Source of the DNA: Bugula neritina
Lineage: Eukaryota > Animalia > Bryozoa
NCBI GenBank assembly: GCA_964035545.1
Contig: OZ037771.1
Location: forward strand, 569,628-633,627
Direction: 5' to 3'
DNA length: 64,000 nt
In this document: positions 37,020 through 51,000 of the stretch, piece by piece
Position numbering within the stretch: the stretch's first letter is position 1
Layout: every line of letters starts with the position of its first letter
The notes under the pieces: generated by a model
What the model was told of the DNA's origin: nothing
Databases searched by the model: none
What the model saw: only the letters and a program-made list of their open reading frames with translations
Translations under genes and position numbers: made by a program

Positions 37020-40000
37020 TTAGGTGAGGAGAGGTCCATCAGATGCATTGAGCTGGTCGCTCATCTTATACCCGTGTGTATGCTCGTAGTCACTGTCTCC
37101 AGACTTGCAGCATCTGAAATCAAAGGAGAACCAAACTTAACAGAGCTTCTCGGAGCTTAAAGGTCAAAGGTTAAGGAAAATATTGGTTTTGTCAGCAGCT
37201 ACAGCAAAAAGTGTATTTGGATAATGATTGGAGAGGTATCTAGTGGTAGCTGCTCTGTTGACAGGGAAGCTGTGCCAGCTACACTTTTATACCTACAGGC
37301 AAGTAACCAGAGCTGCCGTTACTGGGTGATGCAATGCACTTGCTACCAATGTTTCCGCTGCTGTTCCTTTACTAACAGTTGTGTTAATAACCATTATTCT
37401 AATAAGCAGTTAAGACAAACACGTGAACACGTGGCAGTCATACTTAAGTAAATTATAATTTTAATTTTTATTATCTTTAGGGCAATTTCAAAACTGATAT
37501 TAATAGCTTAGTTGTTGAGAAATTTACTTTAAAATTTTGAATTTATGTCCCTTACAATATACCTGGCAATAAATTTAAGAGTCCTACTTTAAATAGTATA
37601 GGCTAGAAAATATCCTAGATGCAGAGAACAGGTCTGAATGGTTCAGCTAGAGTTGAATAGACTAAACGTAAAATGTATCTGATTCTATCAAATATAAATC
37701 ATCTATATGATAAACATAGACTTGCTACATAAGCCACTTACTTTAGAGCTCTGAAGACAGATTTCCTGAACTGGCTAGAGGCAGTTATATAGACTATAGG
37801 TTTGACCGCCCCTCCAACTATCACCATCACTGTGCCCAGTAGAACTATCATCTCATTGCCGTCTGCAGATGACTGCTGGCTCGGACTCGCGTGTAGTTTA
37901 TAGAAGTAGACGTATCGATATGGGATCCAGAAGACCACGGATATGACTGTCACTACGACCGTACACTTGAGGATCTGAAATATAGAGTAGAGAATATGGA
38001 ATATAGAGAGTATAGAATATGAAATATGGAGAGTATAGAATATGGAATATGGAGAGTACAAGAGGTGTGTCCTGAGACAAGTTGGTCACAGGTAAACTAT
38101 TCATAATCTACTGCTGAGTATAAAGACATCATTCCTGATTCAATGAATATGATTTTAATTACAATCTGAGCAGGAAATAATACCGTTCTTCAAATAAACT
38201 AATCATGTTGATAACACACTTTCCTTAGAGCATATAAATGTCACAGGAAGATAGAACAGCTAGTCTGCTACTCCCTACTATTGCCCCTGCTACTCCCTAC
38301 TATTGCCTCTGCTACTCCCTGCTATTGCCCCTGCTACTCCCTGCTATTGCCCCTGCTACTCCTTACTATTGCCTCTCCTACTCTCTACTATTGCCTTTGC
38401 TACTCCCTACTATTGCCTCTGCTACTCCCTACTATTGCCTCTCCTACTTTCTACCATTGCCCCTGCTACTCTCTACTATTGCCCCTGCTACTCCCTACTA
38501 TTGCCTCTGCTACTCTCTACTATTGCCTCTGCTACTCCCTACTATTGCCTCTCCTACTCTCTACTATTGCCCCTGCTACTCTCTACTATTGCACATACTT
38601 GAGATAATGCCTACTAGAGTGTCTTCTCTGATTTTGTCTCCTGAATATCCAACATCCTGTCAATGGATGCTTATGTAACAAAAACATCTCCAATAAATTA
38701 GTTACAGACAAACTTTAGGCTGCCCAGCATCTCAGGGGGTTAATCAGTCCACTTGGGATAGAAAAGCATTTCAATGATTTCAGCAAATTGAAAGGAGATG
38801 CGGTGCACTTGTTGACTAGCTATTCAGTAACATGTATTCAGAGCTTATGCAATGCCTCAGCTCTACAATCAGCTCTTCAATTCACTATGTTCCCTCAACC
38901 AGGCTTCAACTAAATTCATACAAGATGTACACTTTTTACATTTATTTATATCAAGGGTTTGTTGACAACTGGAGGATTAAAGTTGGCACTGAATTGAATT
39001 TGAAATGTTGTGAACTTTGAAATATTTGAGTTTCTAAAGTCAAATTCTGAGATTGTTTGTTATCTTCTAATGAATAGCAAAAGATCTGCACTGAAATCAA
39101 AAGCTGAAGAATTATTTTGAAAGGCACAGAAATATCAGAGCAGATGTTTCAGACATGAGCTTCTATTTTCTAGTTTTGCTATTCAGGAATTACAACACAG
39201 TGTTTAGGTAACCTATAAACATGTATTTTTTTGTTATTTATAGATTCTTGTTTATGATGCAATAAGCATATATGCTCTGGTATGTTTCTATTGAACCTTT
39301 GGTTACACACTTTCTCCCCTAATCAAGTTGCACTGGAGTAGATCTGAGAACACAATCGCCACCAATCCAATTAATGATGATAATTGAATTATGGGAAATG
39401 GAATATATTGACCTAGATATTAAAGTAATTGGGTTACATATTGTTTAGTAATTTACATTGGCCTGGTGTACACCTCACATGCCAGTTCACACTACTGTAT
39501 GGCAGCTGGTGCCAGGTGCTCTCAGGTTACTCTAAGTTGATAAATTTCACCCAACATTACAATAGAGAAAACAAACAAAGTGAGCCAGGCAAGCAACCTG
39601 CTGCACACTTCACCTGTAATCTGCTCAGTTTCAATAACAAAAATAAGATGAAATCACAAAGTTGGAAATGTGAATGAATGAAGTTTCAATATAAAATGCT
39701 TTCATGTGCTTATACAGTGCTTACTGCATCATGTGCTTATACAGTGCTTACTGCTTCATGTGCTTATACAGTGCGTACTGCACCATGTGCTTATACAGTG
39801 CTTACTGCACCATGTGCTTATATAGTGCTTACTGCACCATGTGCTTATATAGTGCTTACTGCATCATGTGCTTATATAGTGCTTACTGCGCCATGTGCTT
39901 ATACAGTGCTTACTGCACCATGTGCTTATATAGTGCTTACTGCGCCATGTGCTTATACAGTGCTTACTGCACCATGTGCTTATACAGTGCTACAGTGCTT

Positions 40001-42811
40001 ACTGCTTCATGTGCTTATATTAAGTAAGGTAGGTGCTAGTCAACTGCAAGGGGGGGGGGGACAATCTATTAATGTTTTAAGATACATATAATCAATAAGG
40101 CCTTTGTTATGCACAAAAGATTTGCTAAAGATTGTTAAGTCAATATTTGCGAGGTGATGCTAAAACTATGCTCTTGATTATAAGATCTAATGTGCCTTAT
40201 GTTATATAATATCTAATGTGCCTTATGTTATAATAATCTTATATTTGAACTTTTCACATCCCCCAGTTTATTGTAACAAAGAGCAGTCAACGGGCAGCTT
40301 TAGGTCATTGCAGAAGAGAAAAACATGACATTAAGATTCAACAAGTGTGGCAGCATGCATATCGCTGCCGGTGTGCTGAACTGGCAGCTTGGCATGTCTT
40401 TGTAAACAGACTGGAATTCCTTTGTTTCCATATAATTATTTTAGATGACATTTGTACATTTTCATGAAACAACTAGTTGAAGAATTTACTTGAAGAAAAA
40501 TGTATTTTGCTCATCCAAAAATAAAGTCTGTAAAAGTATACCCAGTCCAACCAGCATCTTACATAACAATAAGTTTGAAATCTTTTATATTTTAGAAAAT
40601 CTCAATAATTTTTTAAAGTATTTAGACTAAGCTATTTACCACAGGATTAGTACACATGTTATGATTAGTAGAATATGGCATAGTATGATATAAACATAAT
40701 ATTATAATATAGTGTAATATGCCTTAATATAATAATATTATGGTACATATAAAATGATGTAATAGAATACAACATAATATAATATAACATAATACAATAT
40801 AATATAATATAACATAATACAATACAATATAATATAATATAACATAATACAATATAATATAACATAATACAATATAATATAATATAATGCACTTACATGA
40901 TTCTTAAAATCATCTTTTACGAAATATTCTTCCAGATCAATTCTCCTGGCTTTGCATACTGTACAGATTAGGAAGGCAGCGCTGACTACAGTGGTGATGC
41001 CGTAGAACACACCACCCATCACTGTGAAGTATAACTTCTCTACATCTGGAGGCATGAATAAGTGGCAGGCACCAGTTGTATAAGCATTGCCATCTACACT
41101 GGGGTACTTCAGTGTTACTTCCTTCGTCATGGCTAACAGGGGTGCCAGGATACCTGAAGAATAGACTGAGAGCTATAGACTGAGAGCTATACACTGAGAG
41201 GTATAGACTGAGAGTATAGACTGAGAGTATAGACTGAGAGATATAGACTGAGAGTATAGACTGAGAGATATAGACTGAGAGTATAGACTGAGAGAATAGA
41301 CTGAGAGTATAGACTGAGAGATATAGACTGAGAGTATAGACTGAGAGAATAGACTGAGAGTATAGACTGAGAGATGTAAACTGAAGGTATACACTGAGCA
41401 TTAGATATGACTTCACTTTCAGCTTTGAATGTACGAACCAGAACCAGGAAAACAAGTTGGAAAATATATCGGCCATCAATAAAAGAAAGTTATATTAAGT
41501 TGAATATATTAGCTGTCAGATTGAGCTGAACATACAAGACACTGGGTAGGTTTTCATATGGACACAACAGCCCCAGGTGATAATGCCTGCTGACGTAACC
41601 ACGTAGAGGCAGCATTTCAGAGCTGCTTCAGAGCAGTAACTGAGTCTCAATAGAAGCGTATAGAAAGGTTGCCTAGCTGTTTATGCACATGCAAGCTAAT
41701 CAATGCAATGGCTTTCAAAGCGAATTACATGCGCACCAGTAGCCCTGTGTATACATTCATCAGCTAGTATTGATTGAGTATTTATAGCACTACCTCTGTA
41801 CAACGGGTCAGCATTACAATGTACACTTGACTGTGTCAGCCAGCTGATAGCACTACTTATTGGCTATTACCAGCAAGCTCATCCATTATATTTCACCATC
41901 AAATTTTTCACCCGCATATTGAAATTATTTCAAGCATTATCTATGTCTACACTCTGATTTGATTGGCACTTGATGGGCAAACAATAAGACTATTGTCAGC
42001 CAACAAGAAATTGATGAGTAATTTATTTCTATTCAATGCTGAACCGAGAGAATAAAGAGACATCCAGCCCACATCTTCCCTTATTGCCAACTCAGTCTTG
42101 CCAATGCAGGTACTGCAAGGTGCCAATTCCATACTCCACAGAGAGTGGAACTGACCCCAACATATTTAAGCTAACTCTCACCAGCTAGGTAAAAGCTATT
42201 CCAATAAACCATCACCTATGCAATACAATATGGTATAGTATATACTATTAGTATATACATGTTGAGATACCCAACAAGCGGCCTAAGTTAGCCAAAAAAG
42301 AGAGAATACACGCACCTGCGTTGACCACCCAGGTTATAGCTATTATCCCAGACATCTTGCGAGAGGTGATCCACAATGCACTGTGAGGCCGACACACTGC
42401 ATAGAATCTTTCCCAGCAGCAGACGACCAATAAACAGGAAGTCACGTGTGTAGGCAGAAACTGTAGGAAAACTAGCAGCGTGCATCCTTTGCTGCCGAAT
42501 GTCCAGTAATGTTGATCGGTTTGATGCAGTCTGTAGGCAACTTCTGGAAGACTGAAAGCTACTAGTAGTATAATGTCTGCGAAGGCAATGGCAAAGAGCA
42601 GCTGGAATATTGGAGCTTTTAATCTCGGACTATTTCGTGTTGCTACGATCAGAAGGATGTTTGCAATTAATCCAGCTACTAGTAACACCATAGCTAATGG
42701 AAACCCCACATAGCTGTACACTTGGTCACTCACTGTGGCCTGTGTTCTGTTAACGTAAAGAATAGTGTTATTTATCAGAGTGTATGCTGTTCCCATATCT
42801 AGGTACTCCAT
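37020..42811 (-). CDS. Class A peptide GPCR, TRH/ETH-receptor-like (exons 42811-42316, 41153-40897, 37974-37742, 37113-37020)
   Basis: WTFGSKGCTLLVFLQFL..SCLLVVCCWERFYAVCRP; TM4 WVVNAG|ILAP; TM6 FWIPYR (TRHR has WMPYR); TM7 AVKPIVY..SSQFR; CC in the tail; exon phases consistent, about 360 aa. Confidence 0.85.
38266..38592. repeat. 22-bp minisatellite (tactccctactattgcccctgc)n, mid-intron
   Basis: About 15 copies. Confidence 0.95.
39698..40018. repeat. 27-bp minisatellite (catgtgcttatacagtgcttactgcac)n, mid-intron
   Basis: About 12 copies. Confidence 0.95.
40760..40888 (-). repeat. (AATAT/AACAT/AATAC)n microsatellite next to GPCR donor 40896
   Basis: Directly visible. Confidence 0.9.
41161..41375 (-). 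repeat. 13-15 bp repeat (tatagactgagag)n abutting GPCR acceptor 41154
   Basis: Sense ...ctcagtctattcttcag|gtatcc. Confidence 0.9.
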
Positions 42812-45034
42812 GGTGACTTTAGTAGTTCTAGCGAGGGCACCACTGCTTCACTCCTCAACCTAGCTGCCAGTGAGCTAAAACCCTTCCTCTCTCATTATTT
42901 GAACTATATAGTATGAATGGAGACCAGCTGATGTGTGTAAACCCTGGATTTTCTTTAGCCCGTGGGGCAAGCAATGTTTGAAAAAGCCAGGGTGAACCAA
43001 GTCTACCCCGTTCTACAGTGCAGTATCTTATATAATGCCTAGTGCTTATCAATCTTTTGGTATTGACCAGTTTGACACTAGGAACCGCCCACATGATTGA
43101 TTGACAGGTGCAAGGTAGTGGCCACAACTCCAACTGTTTTTGAATATTTGTAATTTAACATCCCTAAAAATAATAATAGAATTATAAGCATCTATATAAT
43201 ATGTATGTAGGCACTAAATATTGTGTGTTAATTAGATGACAGTACTCTTTTTATTGTAATATAGCTTACATTGATTGTAACTTTCATTATTGTTATTGTG
43301 AAATAATGAAAAAATGATGAAGTAATTATAATATATGAATATGTTTTATTATAGAAAGTGTGTCTAATCTACCATGTAGTATATGTGACGTATACATATA
43401 ATGTATATAATTATATTTATTTTTACGTCACTAATTTATACATGGTATTGGCATGTTTAGATGTTTTTTTATATCAAATATATTTAAAATTTGTACAAAT
43501 GTGAGTGTAAAACATACAATATTATACATTTATGATATCAATATGTCAATATATACTGCAACTTCACGCAAAGCTCATGCATGCATTTGACCTCTTTTGT
43601 AACCAATCTAGAAAACACAGTCTGTCATTGTACTCTCAAAGGAATATTCAGCCAATATACTGTAGCTACCATATTGCACCCCATACTGTCAAACCAGGCT
43701 AATTTAGTGATTATGTGTGCAATTTTTTCTAATAATTTTATGATCAGCTGTAAATAACAAAAAATTCTGTACATTAATAAGAAACATGGAGTTTCCTCCT
43801 CAATCGAGTGCGAGGATAACCAAAGAGTGTCAACAAGGACGTTTGCCTTGTCTACCCACCTCAAAGCAATTTGCACAAAAAGAAACAAAGTTCAAGGATG
43901 TTTTAAAAATTTATCTCAAACAACATAGGGTACCGTTTTTAATGGTAGATAGTCACCAAGTCAACTTTTCATTTCACTTTGTTGTATTTTATAACTTTTG
44001 TGTTGATTTTCAACATGTGATATCTAGAATAACTGGAAGTTATAATTAAAATGAGGTATAGTCATAATCACATAATCATAATAAGTTTATAATCAATCTG
44101 AATGTTAAGTTGAACTTCAATTTCATGTATAATAATAAATAATAAATAATACTTAATAATAATGTCAATGATGATCATAATTATAATATTAATCATAATG
44201 CATTTTAGTTTTACTATTTATTAATTTACTTTTATTTATTACTATAAGTGTAAGTATAACTATTACTATTAGTATTAGTATTAGTATTAAACTTAGTATT
44301 AAATTTAATTAGTATTGATGTTATAATTTTATTCATTTTGATAATTAATTAAAGGATCAAATCTATTGACAGGGACAGTAATAACTAATAACTAATATTA
44401 ATAGTAATAGTAATACTAATTAATTTTAATAGTAATACTAATATTGATAAACTAATAGTAATAGTAATAGCATTATTTCTATTACTATTACTGTATTACT
44501 ATTAGTATTAGTAGTACTACTATTTTCAGTACAAGGTCAAGTAGTAATACTTATACTAATACTATTAGTATTAGTATTAGTTATGGTAATACTATAAGAT
44601 TAGGTTTATGACTATATCTATAAGTATAATATTAATTGTAATCATAATGGTGATGATGTCTCATAATGATAGTGGATAATAAGAATGTTAATTATGACAT
44701 ATATTAAAGATAATTAAAATTATTTAGCTCAGGTTTAAGTGTGCTACAAAACTTTGATGTTGATAACTTAATCACTAATCAGTAAATGTAATCGCCATGA
44801 ATTACTGACTCTGTTGGATTTGGTATAGCTCACACTGAAGCGGTTGCTGTTGCATGTTAATTATTAAAAATATACATACTTTTAATTATTATTTTATATT
44901 TATATTCATAAGATAAATCTAATGCTGCATAATTACGTTTATAGGAATGCATATGGTTGATCATTTAATAAGTTATATTTTAGAACTCTAATTAAAGATT
45001 GAATTTTGCTGAGCCTAGAGAGTTACCTCAATCT

Positions 45035-48000
45035 ATGGATGATCAAGAGATACTCAATTTGAATGTTGGAGGAACGAGGTAGATGTAATACACAAGCGCT
45101 TGTAGATAATATGTAGTGCAGATAAGGCTTGTGTGCTTTTTATGTGAGATTTGTAGAACTTTGCAATGCAATTAATGCATAGAACTTGTTTTATGCTCTC
45201 TTTTAGATTGAAATAGTAAATATATGTGCATCTCTGGTGTTGGTGTAAGTGTAAGTGTAAGTTGACACAATGCTTCATCATAAATTGTCTGCATAATGTT
45301 TTTTTTATTTTTTACTTTAGTTATTGCAATTACTTTGCTGCTTAAAAGACTGTGAATTTTTGTAGATTCTCGACGTCAAAACATACGTTGACTTCTGTAC
45401 CCGACTCTTTCTTTTCGTGTTTAATTAGTGGGCGGATTCCTTCTATCAAAGACGATACTGGAGCAGTAAGTAACTCTAGCTATACTCTAGCTGTACTCTA
45501 GCTGTACTCTAGCATACTCTAGCTATGCTCTAGCTGTACTCTAGCATACTTTAGCTATACTCTAGCTGTACTCTAGCATACTCTAGTATACTCTAGCTGT
45601 ACTCTAGCATACTCTAGCTATACTCTAGCTATAGTGCTATACCCATTACTTATGTTTTCTAAAAGCAGACCATGTTGTTGTAGATATTCATTGACAGAGA
45701 CCCCAGTTTGTTCTCCTGTATTCTTAACTACCTTCGGACTAAAGACATTGACGTCAAGTAAGTACCAACACCTAAAGTAAGTACCAACACCTAAAGTAAG
45801 TACGGCACTCAAATTTTGTGACTTATAGAGCATGTGGGGTAGAGTTACTACAGTATAGATGAATATTAAGAGTTGATGAGTTTTGACTATCACAGGAATC
45901 ATGGCGTAGTCACACTGAGGAAAGAGGCCGAGTACTACGGTATCACTCCACTAGTCAACCAACTCACTCTCTGCAGTGAACTAACAGCAGCTTCCTGCGG
46001 GGGAGTTCTCTTTCACGGCTTCATACCTCCTCCCGACCTCTCTCCACTAGATGTCACCCACTCAGAGCCGTTCCGATGTCGACAGGAAGTGCCCGGTGGT
46101 AGTGGAGAAACATTTCACTCGAGTAAGCAGTGTGTGACTCATCACTGACTGTGAATCTGCATGTGTTAATTTAAGTTATATTCACCCAGTTGTCATTTGA
46201 AGAGTGTGCTCCTATATTTCAGTCTGAATTCGTTCTGTTTTCAGTACCAGTTGCACAGAAATTGAAATCAGCCAATCAAGTCACACTAATTAAGGGCCAC
46301 CATAATTGGATAGCTGCTGCTTATAATCACAACATATGCATTTATAAGTAAGTATATATGTCAGTGTAAGTACTAATATATATATAAGTATATCTGTAAG
46401 TGTATATGTTAGTGTAAGTACTAATATATATGTAAGTATATATGTAAGTGTATATGTCAGTGTAAGTACTAATATATATGTAAGTATATCTGTAAGTATA
46501 TATGTCAGTGTATATGTCAGTGTAAGTACTAATATATACGTAAGTCTATCTGTAAGTATATAGGTCAGTGTAAGTACTAATATATATGTAAGTATATCTG
46601 TAAGTATATATGTCAGTGTAAGTACTAATATACAAAGAGTGAGTGTATATAAACAAGTCATTTTCATAATTATTGCTAGAATTAAAGAGAGAAGCCTGTG
46701 GCACTGCATCTGGACCAGTCCCTACATGGAGCAGCCTATTGAGAGAATAGCCATTAATGCTAAGGCCCAGTCGGGGGCGTCACAAGAGAGCACTCACAGG
46801 CTAGTCGCTGCTTCATATGGCAGCTCTGTGAGAATGTGGCAAGTCACTAGTGCTGGGGAGGCTACAGACATCGGTAATATGTCGTATATACCTGTAATAT
46901 ATCATATATATGCCGGTAATATATCATATATATACTGGTAATATGTCATATATATATGCTGGTAATATATCATATATATACCTGTAATATATCATGTATA
47001 CCCTTAATACATCATATATACTGGTAATATACCATATATATCTGTAATATATCATATATATATACCTGTAATATATCATATGTACTGGTAATATCTATTG
47101 TCGTCACATATATATTACTATCACATATATTATTGCAATATAATACTACGTAATAATATAATCTATTCTTCTATAGGACTGGGACCAGGTAAGCCAACAC
47201 TCAATGATTTCTGCTCTCATAAAATTAAAATAGTTTTCCAATCTCCAGATACGATAATAAATGCACCTCTTTCCTGTGTCGCTAGTTGAGAAAATAGTTT
47301 CACTACTTCCTGTAGTAGTGTTACTATGTAATAGTGTTTCTACTTACTGTACACAGTGTTACTATATAATAGCGTTTCTACTTACTGTACACAGTGTTAC
47401 TATGTAATAACAGTTGTATTTATGCAACAATGTGAATAATGATGATACTTTTGGCCACAATATACAGTATTATAATATACTCTAGTACTGTAGTGTTACT
47501 GCAATACTGCGGTGTTGTCGTGTTCTGGCCTAACCTAGTGTAGAAATAGTCTAGGCAGGTCTTAGCAGGTCTGTAGGGCCTCTATTTCTTCTGGTAGTGT
47601 GACTCATCAGTGCATACATTGCATTGTGGGATAGTGTGATAGAACTATCTCAGGAGTTGCCCCTCCTGACATACTTGTTATTTATGGCTGCATAAGTTGG
47701 TGCAGCTTTTGGCCACCTTTGGTAATCTAAAAGATTAAATTTTATTCTATATTTTCAAACAGCTCTGTTAAAACTAAATTTTCCACCATCCCCAAAAAAG
47801 TTTTAATAATAAGAGTAAAAGTAGCCCAAGTTCATATTCATCTTTTCCAATTATCCCCCCTCATTTCCTATATTTGATGATTTGCCCATTTTCAAGCTCG
47901 CTGGAACCCTGTTGTGATTTTTCTGCCTGCTTAATTTTGAATTTTTTGTTATGAAATTTGTTTAGTTTAAAAAAATGTTTTATAACTTCGGAGAGAATCT

Positions 48001-51000
48001 GTAAATGTTTTCTCTAAGAAAGTTAGGCTATGCAAGTTCAAACGGATTTTCAGTAACTTTGAGCTAACATTCATTACGTAACGGAGTTGTGATTAAATTG
48101 ACACACTTCCACGTTCACCAGACATAAACTATTGTCATCATCACACAACGCTGACTCTGGTTTGATTCACGCAATTAACTGACTAACAACTATAACTCAG
48201 TGCGAGTGTATCACCTCACTCCCTCTGACAGTCTGTCTAACCAGTGTAACTCTTAGTATATAGAATACTTGTGTGCTCTTAGTATATAATACTTGTCTGC
48301 TCTTGACACAAGTGGAGGACAACTCTTTACTTGTCTCAAAATAATGCCGCTGTTGTTGAATGATGGTATAAAATTATGCTCTATTTGTTTTTGATGTTAA
48401 TTAAATCATTTATCGAAATTTTTTTAATTATGCTATTTGATTTTTATATAATCAGTGTGCTACACTATATATTCAATATAATACAATAAAACAATGTTTA
48501 ATTATATTACATATCCAGTATGATAGAAAATCTATGTTTAACTATAGTATCTTAATAGAATATTTTCTCTTGTGATTTTCCAGGAACGTTCAATCTTACT
48601 GTATGTGTGGATGAGCTAATATTTATTGGTCAACAGTTGGTAGCCTTAGGAAAGTCAGGGAAGTTGGGGGTGTGGCACTCCATGTCCCAACACTGGCAGG
48701 TGAGTTCATCAACACTATGCTCTCTCATGTCTACACACACTGCTGCTATTTCAACATCCCTGAACCACCAGGGAGCACCTGCACACCACACTCTTGGCAC
48801 CACTTCTTAGCCAAGTGTAAACTATTAGCATAGTTGGCCCACTCTCAGCATTCACAGCCCATATGCCTATTATCTGTTATGTTACAAATTTAGTTATTGT
48901 CTTCTACTCTCTGTATCAAATGAAGCTAGCATGAAACTAGCGTAAATTTCGTTATATCTGGAACGACATGTTTCTATATTGAGGTGGGATTGCAGATTTC
49001 AATGTCGGCGACACCCTTGTTAGTTTCTAATTTGATTGCTGATTTCTAGTTGCTGATTGCTAGTTGTGGGTTGCTGTATTTTTGGACGTCTTTCAAATTT
49101 AAAGTTGTGTTTAACAATGTTGGTTTTGGCCCTCAGTCAGTTTGTAAACTGATAGATTATCCCACAACAGTTTGAGCTCCTTAGGTTAGCACATCCGTGT
49201 TCGTCTCTGCATCATCTACTCTGTCGCTATCCGCATCTCGTCTGCTAGGTTTCCCGTCATCTTCTTACTCAATGACAGTAACATGATAACTTGAGTATAG
49301 TAAAAGAAAATAGCCATGTTTTGGTTGTGGACGATGAACCAGGACCTGCGCTGTGTTTAGCTCCGGTCACAATCTCAAGGTCATTCCAGTGTCCGGGTCG
49401 TACCGTTTATTCTTAACCTTCTTGTATTGAGTTATGCTTTATATCCTCTTCATCTCATGTTTTAGTTGAGGCTTTTTAGTGATGCTTGCCTGCGTAGACT
49501 ACTAATCAGTTGCTGGGGTTTGTTGTGTTCACTTTCCAGTCTGTTTTTATTCTGAGGAAAACACAAATCCTGTTGCATGTAACCATAATTCATACTAGCA
49601 TTTTGACATTAAAGTTTACCGAGTACAACTATACTATAGGAACTTTGAGTGTGAGTTACATTGTAAGTTAGTACTACTGCTACTAAACACTATAACTGTG
49701 AGTACTACTGTTACTGAGTACTATAACTATGAGTACCACTATTACTGACTACTATTACAGTTGGTTCTACTCTCTCTAGGTTCAAGATGTCACTCCAATC
49801 ACCAGTCACGACGTTGCCGGAACCAATTTGCTCCTTGGCTGTAGAAACGGCTCCATATATTACACAGACATGCAGAAGTTCCCTTTGAGAATGAAAGATA
49901 ATGATTTGTTAATATCTGAGCTGTTCCATGATGTAAACCAGCACGCCATTACAGCTCTTAGTGTTTACGTCTCACCTACGACTAGTAAGACTTTATAAAT
50001 ATATAGATATATTATATAATATCATGTAGTAGTCACTATTGTATAATACCATGTAGTAGTCACTATTATATAATACCATGTAGTAGTCACTATTATATAA
50101 TACCATGTAGTAGTCACTATTATATAATATCATGTAGTAGTAACTATTGTATAATATCATGTAGTAGTCACTATTATATAATATCATGTAGTAGTCACTA
50201 TTATATAATACCATGTAGTAGTCACTATTATATAATACCATGTAGTAGTCACTATTATATAATATCATGTAGTAGTCACTATTATATAATACCATGTAGT
50301 AGTAACTATTATATAATATCATGTAGTAGTCACTATTATATAATACCATGTAGTAGTAACTATTATATAATACCATGTAGTAGTCACTATTATATAATAT
50401 CATGTAGTAGTCACTATTATATAATACCATGTAGTAGTCACTATTATATAATATCATGTAGTAGTCACTATTATATAATATCATGTAGTAGTCACCATTG
50501 TATAATATCATGTAGTAGTCACTATTATATAATATCATGTAGTAGTCACTATTATATAATATCATGTAGTAGTCACTATTGTATAATACCATGTAGTAGT
50601 CACTATTATATAATATCATGTAGTAGTCACTATTATATAATACCATGTAGTAGTCACTATTGTATAATACCATGTAGTAGTCACTATTATATAATACCAT
50701 GTAGTAGTCACTATTATATAATACCATGTAGTAGTCACTATTATATAATACCATGTAGTAGTCACTATTATATAATACCATGTAGTAGTCACTATTATAT
50801 AATATCATGTAGTAGTCACTATTATATAATACCATGTAGTAGTCACTATTATATAATATCATGTAGTAGTCACTATTACATAATATTCAGGTATAAGTGG
50901 TAATAAGGTAGAGCTGGCCTATGGTACAGAACATGGCACAGTAAACATCATTATCCAGCACCCAGAGACGGTGGGCAGGGGGCCACAACTCTTTCAGACC

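Noticed and set aside
41147-41153. GTATCCT resembling a U12-type donor on the minus strand
   Set aside because: It follows a canonical ttcttcag acceptor and is the coding start of GPCR exon 2 (G-I-L).
42248-42315. ORF extension ACILSFLANLGRLLGISTCIY of the GPCR first exon
   Set aside because: The donor CAG|GTGCGT at 42315 gives a better TM4 (WVVNAGILAP); the extension is most likely intronic read-through.
43625-44049. Overlapping 87-aa ORFs upstream of KCTD3
   Set aside because: No homology recognised; they lie in a probable promoter or 5' UTR region.
47500-48450. Possible transposon remnants in KCTD3 introns (also 48950-49560) and in 34700-36100
   Set aside because: No terminal repeats, target-site duplications or transposase/RT coding could be identified by eye.
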